Assembly (NCBI GenBank): GCA_963790305.1
Contig: CAWBOC010000005.1
Location: 352,001 to 416,000 of the forward strand
From: an uncultured Gemmatimonadaceae bacterium
GTDB taxonomy: Bacteria; Gemmatimonadota; Gemmatimonadetes; Gemmatimonadales; Gemmatimonadaceae
Length of the DNA stretch: 64,000 nucleotides
Direction: 5' to 3'
The position numbers and the translations under genes were made by a program. This document shows positions 48,708 through 58,313 of this stretch, piece after piece (within the stretch, counting starts at the first letter, position 1; the number at the start of each line of letters is the position of its first letter). Below the pieces are notes generated by a model that did not search any database, had not been told where the DNA came from, and saw only the letters and a list, made by a program, of their open reading frames with translations.

Positions 48708-51704
48708 ATGCCGCATCCCCTACCGCCGCCCTCGCCCCGCCTCTTCCTCATCGATGGCTACGGGCTGATTTACCGCGCGTTCTTCGCGCTCATCGCGCGG
48801 CCGCTCACGACCAGCCGAGGGGAGAACACTTCGGCGGCGTATGGCATCGCCACCTTTCTGCAACGCCTCCAAGCGGCGCACGCTCCCGAATACCTCGGGT
48901 GGGTTCATGACTCCGGATTGTCGTTTCGCCATGAGCGCTATCCGGCGTACAAGGCGACGCGACAGAAGCTGAGTGAAGAGCTCCAATCCGATTTCGATCG
49001 TGGTATGGAGCGTATCGCCGAGATGCTCAGCGCCTTCCGGGTTCCGGTGCTGGCGGTGGAAGGGTACGAAGCCGATGACGTGATCGGCACGTTGGCGCGC
49101 CAGGGTGCAAAGGCAGGTGTCAACGTCGTCGTGGTCTCGAGCGACAAGGACTTTCAACAGCTCGTCCGCCCAGGCGTGTGGCTGCTCAATCCGGGGCGCG
49201 GTGGCTCGGCAGCGGTGGAGGAACAATGGGTGAGCGTGGAGAACGCCGGCGAGCGATTGGGAGTCGAGCCATCGCTAGTAACGGATTACCTCGCGCTTGT
49301 CGGAGACTCATCCGACAACGTTCCTGGGGTACCCGGCATTGGTGATAAGACAGCTCGAGACCTTGTGCAGCAGTACGGACCAATCGAGTCCATTCTCGCT
49401 CGTGCAGCCGAGCTTCAGAAGAAACGTCCTCGAGAGGCGCTTCTCGATCCCGAGAACGCGGCCAGGGCCCGGTTGTCCAAGGAATTAGTGACCATTCGCG
49501 ACGATCTCCCGATCGTCCTGGAGCTCGAGCGGTTGCGCGTTCAACCCCCTGATGTCGCGCGCCTTCGGCCGATCTTTGTCGAGCTCGAGTTTCACAACCT
49601 CGCGCGAGATCTGGCGCCAGAGGTCGTCGCCGCCCCGGAACGGCCGGCCGGGAAGTACGAAACCGTCGAAACGGTCGAGCGCATGCGCGAGGTGCTCGCA
49701 CTTGCCCGCCGGGCGCCTCATGTCGCGGTCGATACCGAGGTCATCGTCGATCTCGACAGCCCAATGGCCGCTGACCCATTGCGCTCCACGCTGCTTTCCC
49801 TCGCCATCGCGGTCGCTCCTGGCGAAGCCTTTTACTTCCCATTTCGACATCGCTCTCGATCGGCCACACAGGGAGAGCTGCTCATCGACATTCCCGGCGA
49901 TCGTGCGCCTACCGATGCGCGTGAAGACCGCGGGCTCGTAATGGGCGGCGACGATGCGATCGCGGTTGCGACGATGGACGACTCCTCCGCAACAAAGCCT
50001 GCGCGCCGGAAGAAGTCCGCCAGTGCCGCGTCACGAGCAGAGCTGGACTCCATCGCCGCGCGCGCGCTGGCACGAGGTCAACCAGTCGTTCGTAACCTGC
50101 CCGCGCTCGACACCGCCGAGATGGCTCCGCTGCGTGAATTCCTCGAGGATCCCGCAGTCACGAAGGTCGTGCAGAACGCCAAGTTCGATGTACTGGCATT
50201 CAGGCGCGCGGGCATCGATGTGCAGGGGTTCACCTTCGACACGATGCTCGCGAGCTACGTTCTGGATCCTGGCCGTCGCTCGCACGGGCTCGATGTTCTG
50301 GCGCTGGAGTTCCTCGAGCACCGCATGACATCGTTCCAGGAGCTGTGTGGGAAGGGCAAGACGGCAATTCCGTTCGAAGAGTGTCCGATCGACTGCGCGC
50401 GAGACTACGCGTGCGAGGACGCGGACATGGCGCTCCAGCTGTATGAGCGCTTTGCGCCGCAGCTCGAGTCCTATGGTCTCACGCGCCTGTTCCGCGAGAT
50501 CGAGATGCCGCTCGTCGAGGTTCTCGCGCGCATGGAGTCGGAGGGAATCTCGATCGATCTCGAATGGTTCCGCTCACTCAAGGAGCGATTCAAGGCCGAA
50601 CGTGAGGCGGTCGAGCGAGAGATCCATGAAATCGCAGGAATGGAATTCAACATCAACTCGAACCTGCAGCTCCGGGAGATTCTGTTCGACCGGCTCAAGC
50701 TGCCGGTCCTGAAGCGCACGTCGACCGGCCCCTCCACGGATGCGAGCGTGCTGCAAGAGCTCGCCGAGCAAGGGCACCAGTTGCCCGAGCGTCTGATGGA
50801 GTATCGCGAGTTGTCGAAGCTCGAGAGTACATATCTCGACACGCTTCCAGCGCTGGTGCACCCAGAGACCAAGCGACTGCATACGTCATTCAATCAAACC
50901 GTCGCGAGTACGGGACGACTCTCGTCGAGCGATCCCAATCTCCAGAATATTCCGATTCGACGAGAGCTGGGACGCGACATTCGCCGCGGGTTCATCCCGC
51001 GGAAGGGATGGAAGCTCCTCGCCGCCGACTACTCACAAATCGAGCTTCGGTTGCTTGCTCACCTATCCGATGATCCGGCGTTCGTCGATGCGTTTCGTGC
51101 GGGCGGAGACATTCACCGTCAAACCGCCGCGATCATTTTCGGGGTGCCAGTCGATTCCGTGTCGGCCGAAATGCGGGCCCGCGCGAAGACGATCAACTTC
51201 GCGACGATCTACGGGCAGGGTGCACACGCCCTGTCGCGACAACTTCGCATCGAGTTCGCCGAGGCACGCGCGTTCATCGCAGCGTACTTCGAGCGATTCC
51301 AGGGGATCCGGCGGTATCTCGACTCCATGGTCGAGTTCGCGCGCGAGCACGGGTACGTCCAAACCATCTTTGGGCGGCGCCGCTACATTCCGGAGCTGCG
51401 TGATCGCAATTTCAACGTGCGCGCTTTCGGCGAGCGAACGGCTGCCAACTCACCGATTCAAGGGTCGGCGGCCGATCTCATCAAGATCGCCATGATCCGT
51501 ATCGACAGCGCCTTGAGTGCGCCCGGCCTGCGGACGAAGATGATCCTTCAGGTTCACGACGAGCTCGTGTTCGAGGCGCCGCCGGAAGAAATCGAGGTCG
51601 TGACGGTCACCGTCCAGCGCGAGATGGAGCAGGCCGCGGTGCTTTCTGTCCCCTTGGTCGTCGATATAGGCGTTGGGGACAATTGGATGGAGACCAAGGA
51701 GTAG
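48708..51704 (+). CDS. polA: DNA polymerase I
   Basis: 5'-3' exo (IDGY, EADD), 3'-5' exo (DTE, NAKFD, YACEDAD), polymerase (DYSQIELR, RAKTINF, QVHDEL). Confidence 0.98.
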   Translation: MPHPLPPPSPRLFLIDGYGLIYRAFFALIARPLTTSRGENTSAAYGIATFLQRLQAAHAPEYLGWVHDSGLSFRHERYPAYKATRQKLSEELQSDFDRGMERIAEMLSAFRVPVLAVEGYEADDVIGTLARQGAKAGVNVVVVSSDKDFQQLVRPGVWLLNPGRGGSAAVEEQWVSVENAGERLGVEPSLVTDYLALVGDSSDNVPGVPGIGDKTARDLVQQYGPIESILARAAELQKKRPREALLDPENAARARLSKELVTIRDDLPIVLELERLRVQPPDVARLRPIFVELEFHNLARDLAPEVVAAPERPAGKYETVETVERMREVLALARRAPHVAVDTEVIVDLDSPMAADPLRSTLLSLAIAVAPGEAFYFPFRHRSRSATQGELLIDIPGDRAPTDAREDRGLVMGGDDAIAVATMDDSSATKPARRKKSASAASRAELDSIAARALARGQPVVRNLPALDTAEMAPLREFLEDPAVTKVVQNAKFDVLAFRRAGIDVQGFTFDTMLASYVLDPGRRSHGLDVLALEFLEHRMTSFQELCGKGKTAIPFEECPIDCARDYACEDADMALQLYERFAPQLESYGLTRLFREIEMPLVEVLARMESEGISIDLEWFRSLKERFKAEREAVEREIHEIAGMEFNINSNLQLREILFDRLKLPVLKRTSTGPSTDASVLQELAEQGHQLPERLMEYRELSKLESTYLDTLPALVHPETKRLHTSFNQTVASTGRLSSSDPNLQNIPIRRELGRDIRRGFIPRKGWKLLAADYSQIELRLLAHLSDDPAFVDAFRAGGDIHRQTAAIIFGVPVDSVSAEMRARAKTINFATIYGQGAHALSRQLRIEFAEARAFIAAYFERFQGIRRYLDSMVEFAREHGYVQTIFGRRRYIPELRDRNFNVRAFGERTAANSPIQGSAADLIKIAMIRIDSALSAPGLRTKMILQVHDELVFEAPPEEIEVVTVTVQREMEQAAVLSVPLVVDIGVGDNWMETKE

Positions 51705-51858
51705 TTTTCGGGGTCCGCCAGGCGTCTCGTTTTCAGGCGCTCCCGGTCTCGCATTCTGCGGCGAACATCGCATTTCGGCGGGTCAACCGCCCTCAAGCCC
51801 CATGTCTTGGTGCAGTGTAATTATAAATATGGCAATCACTTAGCTCCCAACCCCCAAA

Positions 51859-51874
51859 CGGCACTGGCATTGCC
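51859..51874 (+). promoter_or_regulatory. sigma54 promoter of the pilin gene
   Basis: CGGCAC-N5-TTGC, preceded by an AT-rich IHF-like tract (51817-51843). Confidence 0.7.
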
Positions 51875-51924
51875 TTCTCCTAAGGGCAGTTGTGCCCCTA
51901 AATCTGCCGAAGGCATGGTCTACC

Positions 51925-52311
51925 ATGATTCACCATAAACGTAATTCAGGCTTTACACTGATCGAGCTGTTGATCGTAGTGGTGATCATCGGGATTCTCG
52001 CAGCCATTGCGATCCCGAAGTTCGCCAACACGAAGGGAAAGGCGTATGCGGCTGCGATGAAGAGTGACTTACGCAACCTCGCCGTGTCCCAGGAGTCGTA
52101 CCTCTACGATCACGCAGTGTATGCGGGCTCGCTTGGCGCGCTGAACGTCAACCCATCAAACGGTGTGACGATCACCATCGGCGTCGCGACGGGTCAAGGC
52201 TGGAACGCGCAGGCCGAACACTTCATGGCAAGCCCCATTCGCTGCTACATCTTCGTCGGCAACGCAGTGCTCCCGCCGGCGACGAGTGATGGCGCGGTCG
52301 TCTGCCAGTAA
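51925..52311 (+). CDS. Type IV pilin
   Basis: G|FTLIELLIVVVIIGILAAIAIP prepilin motif; C-terminal Cys pair. Confidence 0.93.
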   Translation: MIHHKRNSGFTLIELLIVVVIIGILAAIAIPKFANTKGKAYAAAMKSDLRNLAVSQESYLYDHAVYAGSLGALNVNPSNGVTITIGVATGQGWNAQAEHFMASPIRCYIFVGNAVLPPATSDGAVVCQ

Positions 52312-52332
52312 GGACAGCGCATACGGCGTGGA

Positions 52333-52629
52333 GTGGATAAGCGACCACCGACCGTACGCTATGTTGAGTTCACGACGCGTCGTGATGGAATGATCCACGC
52401 GATGGATGGTGGGCTGTGGCTCCACCGTCACGTGTGGAAGGGGCACAGGATGGCGCATCTCGTATCGACGAACCGAGAGCGCCTGGTCGAATACGGACGG
52501 GCGGCGGGTTTGCCGGAGGCCCGGTTGCAATTCAAGCCGCTCAAGGATCCGCGAACGGGGATCCGGCGTGATGCCTGGCACTGGGATCTCGTGGGGGAAT
52601 GGCTTCCACCGAAAGAAGGCGACGGCTAG
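52333..52629 (+). CDS. Small DUF4031-like protein
   Basis: HL.S...L..YG...GL....LQ...HWDL pattern. Confidence 0.6.
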   Translation: MDKRPPTVRYVEFTTRRDGMIHAMDGGLWLHRHVWKGHRMAHLVSTNRERLVEYGRAAGLPEARLQFKPLKDPRTGIRRDAWHWDLVGEWLPPKEGDG

Positions 52630-52664
52630 CGGGCGAGGAAGATTTCTCTTCCTCGCCCGTTTTC

Positions 52665-54062
52665 TCATCCCTTGTTGTCAGCCACCAGCCGGCGTTCCGC
52701 CTCACGAGCGGCCTGCTCCCCAACCCGAACGTTGACGAATGCGAGCAGGAAACCGCCGAGTGCGAAGAAAGCGATCACGGACAGGATCGCCTGGCGACTC
52801 GAGCCCGTCGTCCCAATGACGGACGCGAACAGCAGCGGTCCAAAAATACCGGCAAACTTGTTGAAGACGCTGAAGAACCCAAAAAACTCGCCTGATTTGT
52901 GGCGTGGAATCATGTTGGCGAACAGTGAGCGCGACAGCGCCTGCGTTCCGCCCTGAACCATGCCGACGAGTGCCGCCAGAATGTAAAAGTGGGTCGCCGT
53001 GCTCATGTGATACCCGAGGATACTGATGCCGGTATAGATCAAAAGCCCGGCGAAGATGGCGCGCTTCGCGCCAATGCGTCCGGCGATCATGCCGAACAGA
53101 AAGGAGAAGGGAATCCCGAGAAACTGAACGATGAGGATCGCGGTGATCACGGCGTTCTGCGGGATGTTCAGCTCGGTCGCATAGGCGGCGGCCATCTTCT
53201 GGATCGTGCTGATGCCGTCGTTGTAGAACAGGAAGGCGATCAGCATGAGGAACGCGTGGCGATATCCACGGAGCTCATGAAAGGTCTCGCCAAGCCGAAC
53301 GAACGCGTGCCGCACGACGCTTCCCTTTGGCGTCTCATCCTGCTCGAGAAGCCGGGGAGGCTCGCGGACACCTCGGAAGAGCGGGATCGAAAAGATGAGC
53401 CACCAGATTGCGACCGAGAGAAACGCCAGCCGAACTGGAAGCGTGGCTTCATCGGGCGTGAGTCCATCGCCGGCGGGTAGTCCAAACCACTCTGGCTTTT
53501 GAATCCAGGCCAGGTTCAGCGCCAGCAGAACCCCACCCCCGGTATAGCCGATCGCATACCCCGCAGTGGATACACGATCCATCTCGGTCTCGCTCGCGAT
53601 GTGCGGAAGCAATGATTCGTAGAACACGTACGTTGCGGCAACGGAGCTCATCGATAGCACGTACAAGATCTCCGCGAGCCTCAGATCTCCGGATCCGATG
53701 AAGAACATTGCTGCCGTCGAGATGACGCCGGTGACGAGAAAGACCGCCAGCAGCCGCTTTTTGCGTCCGGAGTAGTCCGCGATGGCCCCGAGGACAGGGG
53801 AGAGGAGCGCAACAATGGCGACGCTGATCGCGTTCGCGGTGGCGAGGTGCTGGTTCGCGACTTCCGACGGTACGTTCGCTCCGGCCACGCGGATGAAATA
53901 GATCGGGAAAACCGCAACCATGATCGTGGTTTGTACCGACGAGGCGGCCCAGTCGTACATCGCCCATGAGCGCAACTCGCGGCGATGCAAGCCGAGTCGA
54001 TTCAGCACGCCAGGTCTACCGGAGGCTTGCTCTTCCGCGACTGTCCTGCCCGTCGTCTCCAT
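52665..54062 (-). CDS. MFS transporter, UMF1/Atg22-like
   Basis: WAMYDWA, LGAIAD, YNDG, QALSRSLF, EFFGF. Confidence 0.9.
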   Translation of the reverse strand: METTGRTVAEEQASGRPGVLNRLGLHRRELRSWAMYDWAASSVQTTIMVAVFPIYFIRVAGANVPSEVANQHLATANAISVAIVALLSPVLGAIADYSGRKKRLLAVFLVTGVISTAAMFFIGSGDLRLAEILYVLSMSSVAATYVFYESLLPHIASETEMDRVSTAGYAIGYTGGGVLLALNLAWIQKPEWFGLPAGDGLTPDEATLPVRLAFLSVAIWWLIFSIPLFRGVREPPRLLEQDETPKGSVVRHAFVRLGETFHELRGYRHAFLMLIAFLFYNDGISTIQKMAAAYATELNIPQNAVITAILIVQFLGIPFSFLFGMIAGRIGAKRAIFAGLLIYTGISILGYHMSTATHFYILAALVGMVQGGTQALSRSLFANMIPRHKSGEFFGFFSVFNKFAGIFGPLLFASVIGTTGSSRQAILSVIAFFALGGFLLAFVNVRVGEQAAREAERRLVADNKG

Positions 54063-54128
54063 GACTCTCCTTGTACGGGTTATCGCACAGCCGTTGACGC
54101 GCCGTCCGCGCGACTCGATTTTTGCGCC

Positions 54129-55055
54129 ATGCTGACCTCCTGGCGGTTCGCGCGGCGTTCTGTGCTTGCCTCGTTCACGCTGGTCACTCTCGCCGCATGC
54201 GACCGAGCGAGAGACGCCGGACAGCGAACCGACACAACACTGCCACCGTCCGTAGGCGCTGTCGAGTCGCTTCCGGCGCGGGAGCCCGTGCGACGGTGGG
54301 AGAGCAGCGCAGGTACCGTACTCCTCGTACGGGATGACTCGCTTACGCGCGCGATCTATCCGACGGTGAGCGAACTGGACTCGACAGCGGTGCTGGACGA
54401 GGATGCGGTGCGCGGGTTCATCGCCGAGGCCGTCGGCGCCGATGGAGCAGCGGGCTCGCTGCGCATTCGAGGGTTTGCGTCCATCGATGAAGAGTGTGCC
54501 GTGTGGCCAGCGGTTGCCTTGGCCGTGGATTCATCTCGAAGCTGGACGGTGGCATTTCAGCGCGGTGTCGCCTCGCCGATCATACTTCGACCGATTGAAT
54601 CGCTCGCGTCCGGAGATTCGGCACGACTTGCCGTCCAGCTCACCCGGCTGGCGGCGGTGTTACCTAACGATACCTCTCGCGCATTTCGCGGACTGCCCTT
54701 CGTGATCCGCGCGGCGCACCTGTTCACGCCGCCGGCAGGAAGAGCGACCGTCATCGCCGAGATTGTTCGGCGGGTCAACGTTGAAGCGAACCCGCGCGAG
54801 GAAACACTCCTGCTCATCGCAGAGCGCGAGACACCGACAGCGGAGTGGCGGGTAGGGTATTCGGAGCGCGCATCGGGAGACGAAGTGAACGTCGAGCGAG
54901 CCACTCCGCTCGCGGCGGTAAGTCTACGCCCTCAGGGGCTGCCGACCGTCGTGATCGAGCGCACAGGTGCGGACTGGGTCACCTACGCCTTCATCCAGCG
55001 ATCCGGCGACGGTGTCTGGCAAGAAAGCTGGGAGAGTGCTCACTCAGGCTGCTGA
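54129..55055 (+). CDS. Hypothetical lipoprotein
   Basis: Lipobox LAAC; ends in GC. Confidence 0.7.
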   Translation: MLTSWRFARRSVLASFTLVTLAACDRARDAGQRTDTTLPPSVGAVESLPAREPVRRWESSAGTVLLVRDDSLTRAIYPTVSELDSTAVLDEDAVRGFIAEAVGADGAAGSLRIRGFASIDEECAVWPAVALAVDSSRSWTVAFQRGVASPIILRPIESLASGDSARLAVQLTRLAAVLPNDTSRAFRGLPFVIRAAHLFTPPAGRATVIAEIVRRVNVEANPREETLLLIAERETPTAEWRVGYSERASGDEVNVERATPLAAVSLRPQGLPTVVIERTGADWVTYAFIQRSGDGVWQESWESAHSGC

Positions 55056-55540
55056 GAAGTCGCCGGCGCACTCGCCTGTTCAGCTCGGGCTGGGACGCGA
55101 GGCCCCATGACATCGGTCATGACCCCGCTCAGGAAATCTCGAAAATGATGCGCGGCGAGGAGATGAAGTGACCCATACCCGATCATCCACAGAGCGAGCA
55201 CGGCACTGAGCAGAGCGACTCGCGGCCAGCCCCATCCGAGAACCGCGATGATGAGGGTAATCAGTGCAGTCGTTGCTTGCAGCGCGCCGAAATAGAGCCG
55301 GTAGCTCACACGCCATGGCCCACCGCCCCATGCGCTGAGTGTCGCCGTCCCGCGTGTGATCAAGCCGAGCCAGCCAATGCGCGCGAGCTTCCACGGTGGC
55401 GGCATTCGAAAGGTCAGCTCCCCTCCCGGCGCGCGGTCCGTCGTGGCGCCGCGCTCCCGGAGGGCGCGGTCCAGCCGCACGAGAATCGCCTGGGTCTGGC
55501 GCACCGTGGGATTGGCGCGCAACACCAGCGAGCGCTTCAC
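55040..55540 (-). CDS. Hypothetical membrane protein
   Basis: GTG 17 nt after permease stop; two C-terminal hydrophobic helices. Confidence 0.55.
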   Translation of the reverse strand: MKRSLVLRANPTVRQTQAILVRLDRALRERGATTDRAPGGELTFRMPPPWKLARIGWLGLITRGTATLSAWGGGPWRVSYRLYFGALQATTALITLIIAVLGWGWPRVALLSAVLALWMIGYGSLHLLAAHHFRDFLSGVMTDVMGPRVPARAEQASAPATSQQPE

Positions 55541-55556
55541 GAGAGCCTTGCGCGTG

Positions 55557-56459
55557 TCACGCTTGCCCGAGAGCTCCCGGCGCCGCGGCATGTCCTCGGC
55601 GCACACCCAGCAAGACGAGGGTGAGCGCGTAGGGCAGCAGCAGGAAAATCTGATACGGAACGTGCCATCCCGTCGCCTGGAAGAAGAACTGGAGCGCACT
55701 CGCCGCGCCGAACAAGAGTGCCGCAAGCCCCACGCCCACAGGATGCCAGCGGCCGAGGACCACAATGGCTATGGCAATGAAGCCGCGTCCAGCCGACATG
55801 CCTTCAGCGAAGGTTCCGGACTGTGCGAGCACGAGGGATGCTCCGCTGGCGCCACCGAGTAACCCGCCAAAGAGAACAGCGCCCACCCGCAATCGGCGCT
55901 CGCGCACTCCGGCCGTGCGAGCCGCCTCCGGAGCCTCGCCGACGGCACGAAGGGCCAGACCGGTGTGAGTTCGATACAGCCACCACCACAGCGCCGGAAC
56001 GAGAAGATACGCCGCGTAGGTAAACACCGGCTGCGCAAAGAGTGCGCGACCGATGAGCGGAAGGTCGGATAAGAGGGGAATAGGCAACGGTGCCACGGTG
56101 GGAATGCTCAACGCCGCGCCGGCGGTACCGTACGCGGTGCGATACACCGTGCCCGTGACGCCGGTAGCGAGGAGTGTGATTGCCGTGCCGACAATGATCT
56201 GATCGGCACGTGCCCCGAGAGCGAAGGCAGCAAACACGGCCGCAGTGGCCACGCCCGCCACGAGCCCCGCGGCGATGCCGCCCATGGCTCCCGTGCTCGC
56301 GCCCACCAGGGCTCCGAACGCTCCGGCGAGAATGATTCCCTCCAGTCCGATGTTGATCACGCCCGCGCGCTCGACCACGGTTTCACCGAGTGCGGCAAGG
56401 GCGAGCGGCGTCGCCGTGCGCACCAATGCCTCCAGCAGCGCGTCAATGCCGGCGGTCAC
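55557..56459 (-). CDS. Nucleoside/sugar ABC permease 2
   Basis: ERAGVINIGLEG, GLALRAVGE, GRGFIA, LPY. Confidence 0.92.
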   Translation of the reverse strand: MTAGIDALLEALVRTATPLALAALGETVVERAGVINIGLEGIILAGAFGALVGASTGAMGGIAAGLVAGVATAAVFAAFALGARADQIIVGTAITLLATGVTGTVYRTAYGTAGAALSIPTVAPLPIPLLSDLPLIGRALFAQPVFTYAAYLLVPALWWWLYRTHTGLALRAVGEAPEAARTAGVRERRLRVGAVLFGGLLGGASGASLVLAQSGTFAEGMSAGRGFIAIAIVVLGRWHPVGVGLAALLFGAASALQFFFQATGWHVPYQIFLLLPYALTLVLLGVRRGHAAAPGALGQA

Positions 56460-57574
56460 GCGATACCCGGAGTGGGAGGATGACCGACATCCGGCGCGTC
56501 ATGGGCCGCATCGGGGAACGCCTCGCCGTGTTCGTTAGGTGTGGCTCCCGATGTGGCCCACCGGTCGGCGAGAAGCACCGTCAACACCAGCACGGCCTCG
56601 ATCGCCGTGACGACGACCGAGGGAATCCCTGCCTCCCGCTGCATGGCGAGGGCGCCAGACTCGAGGGCACCAAAGAGGATCGCCGAGAATATGATCGCCA
56701 GCGGGTCGAGGCGACCGAGCAGCGCGACGACGATAGCGGTGTAGCCGTATCCAGGGGACAGGTTTTCATAGAGCGCGAAGGTCACCCCAGACACCTCGAC
56801 AGCCCCGGCAAGCCCGGCGAGGCCCCCACCGACGAGAAATGCCATGCCCGCGACGTGCGCCGCATCGATTCGGCCCGCCACCTTCGCTGCATCGGGGTTG
56901 GCTCCCACGGCGCGCAGGCGAAATCCGGCCGCCGTCGATCGCAGCCACCACCACAACAGCGGTGCGGCCAGAAGAGCGATGGCGAATCCGGCGTGCAGTC
57001 GCGTCCCTGGAACGATGCGTGGCAGGCGCGCCCCCTCCGCGATGGGCGCACTTTGCGGGTAGATGCCTAACGGCTCCTGCAGCGGACCATGGACCAGCAC
57101 GCCAACCAGATGCAGCGCCACGAAGTTGAGCATGATGGTCGAGATGACCTCGAGCACGCCACGGCGCCGCCGGAGCACTTCGGCGATGGACGCCCAGAAG
57201 GTTCCCGCGAGCGCGCCCGCGACAAGGATCGCGGGGACGAGGAGGAGCCGCGGCGCGTCGCTCAGGAGGACGCTCAGACCGGTCGCGGCAACCGCCCCCG
57301 CCAGGAGCTGGCCCTCGGCGCCTATGTTCCAGATTCCGGCACGGAAGGCGAGGGCGACGCCCAGTCCCGCGAGCAGCAGCGGTGTGGCGCGGACCAGCGT
57401 CGCGGACGCGAGCGCATTCGCGCTGCCGAAGGAGCCGCGCCAGAGTGCGGCGAGCGCTCGTCCCGCGTCATAGCCGGCGAGGTGAAGCACGCCGGCGAGC
57501 AGGGCGAGAGAAAGCGCGAGAACCGCGAGGGCGAGCGCGACGCCGGACCACCGGGCGCGATAGAATCGCAGCAC
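56456..57574 (-). CDS. Nucleoside/sugar ABC permease 1
   Basis: WNIGAEGQ, EVISTIMLN, GYGYTAIVVALLG. Confidence 0.92.
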   Translation of the reverse strand: MLRFYRARWSGVALALAVLALSLALLAGVLHLAGYDAGRALAALWRGSFGSANALASATLVRATPLLLAGLGVALAFRAGIWNIGAEGQLLAGAVAATGLSVLLSDAPRLLLVPAILVAGALAGTFWASIAEVLRRRRGVLEVISTIMLNFVALHLVGVLVHGPLQEPLGIYPQSAPIAEGARLPRIVPGTRLHAGFAIALLAAPLLWWWLRSTAAGFRLRAVGANPDAAKVAGRIDAAHVAGMAFLVGGGLAGLAGAVEVSGVTFALYENLSPGYGYTAIVVALLGRLDPLAIIFSAILFGALESGALAMQREAGIPSVVVTAIEAVLVLTVLLADRWATSGATPNEHGEAFPDAAHDAPDVGHPPTPGIA

Positions 57575-57683
57575 GCCGCAAGTCTATGCGACGATCTACG
57601 AGACCGCACCCCCGTTGATGCGCGCGCGGGCAGGGCCTGTACATGAGCCCCACCCGCGAGCTGTGCCCGATTGGATCCAGGCG

Positions 57684-58124
57684 TTAGTTCTGATGCCCGT
57701 TGATCGAGATTGCAATCTTGCGAGCGCGTGCAGCGGGGGCCTTCGGGATGACGATTGTCACCACACCCCGATCGAACGAGGCTTGAATGCGATCGCCGTC
57801 GACAGTCTCTGGGAGGCGCACGACGCGCTCGAACTCACCAAGCGTGCGCTCCGCTACGTAGATCCTGTCCTGATCGCCATACTCGGCGCCGGCGCGCGTC
57901 CCGCGAATCGTCAACGCACCGTGATCAAAGGTGAGGTCGATCGCGTCGTGAGAGACGCCGGGCACATCGAGCGTTACGACGAATGCGTCAGCGCGCTCGA
58001 CGACATCCATTGCTGGCAGCCATGCGCCCGAGCTCCCGAAGTTGCGTGTGAACACCCGGTCGAGCTCCCGGTTCAAGGACAGTACGCGGTCGAGTGTCGG
58101 AACGAGAGTGCGAACGGTCATCAT
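57684..58124 (-). CDS. Hsp20/alpha-crystallin small heat-shock protein
   Basis: P.MDV.E, DVPGV, ER..GEFER, ASFDRGV..I.IPK, IAI tail; AGGAG RBS. Confidence 0.93.
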   Translation of the reverse strand: MMTVRTLVPTLDRVLSLNRELDRVFTRNFGSSGAWLPAMDVVERADAFVVTLDVPGVSHDAIDLTFDHGALTIRGTRAGAEYGDQDRIYVAERTLGEFERVVRLPETVDGDRIQASFDRGVVTIVIPKAPAARARKIAISINGHQN

Positions 58125-58218
58125 ACGTAGCTCCTGTAGCAGTGCTCCGCCGTTCTTGCGGAGGTCGTCATCGATACGCACGGCGAGCCCATTCCCGCCG
58201 TGACCGCGCACGGGGGGA

Positions 58219-58234
58219 AGCAGCCGACATGCCG
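58219..58234 (-). promoter_or_regulatory. Candidate sigma54 promoter of hsp20
   Basis: CGGCATGTCGGCTGCT (GG-N10-GC); palindrome GGCAG-N6-CTGCC at 58285-58300. Confidence 0.5.
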
Positions 58235-58313
58235 GCCCATCCGGCCGATGTGGCAAGGCGTTGTGCAGGGATGGTGACCGTTCCGGCAGCTAGAACTGCC
58301 AGGATGACGAACG

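Noticed and set aside
49850..50095. Intein in polA
   Set aside because: Too short; lacks N-terminal C/S block and C-terminal HN
58125..58313. CIRCE or ROSE element upstream of hsp20
   Set aside because: No TTAGCACTC-N9-GAGTGCTAA and no recognisable thermometer motif
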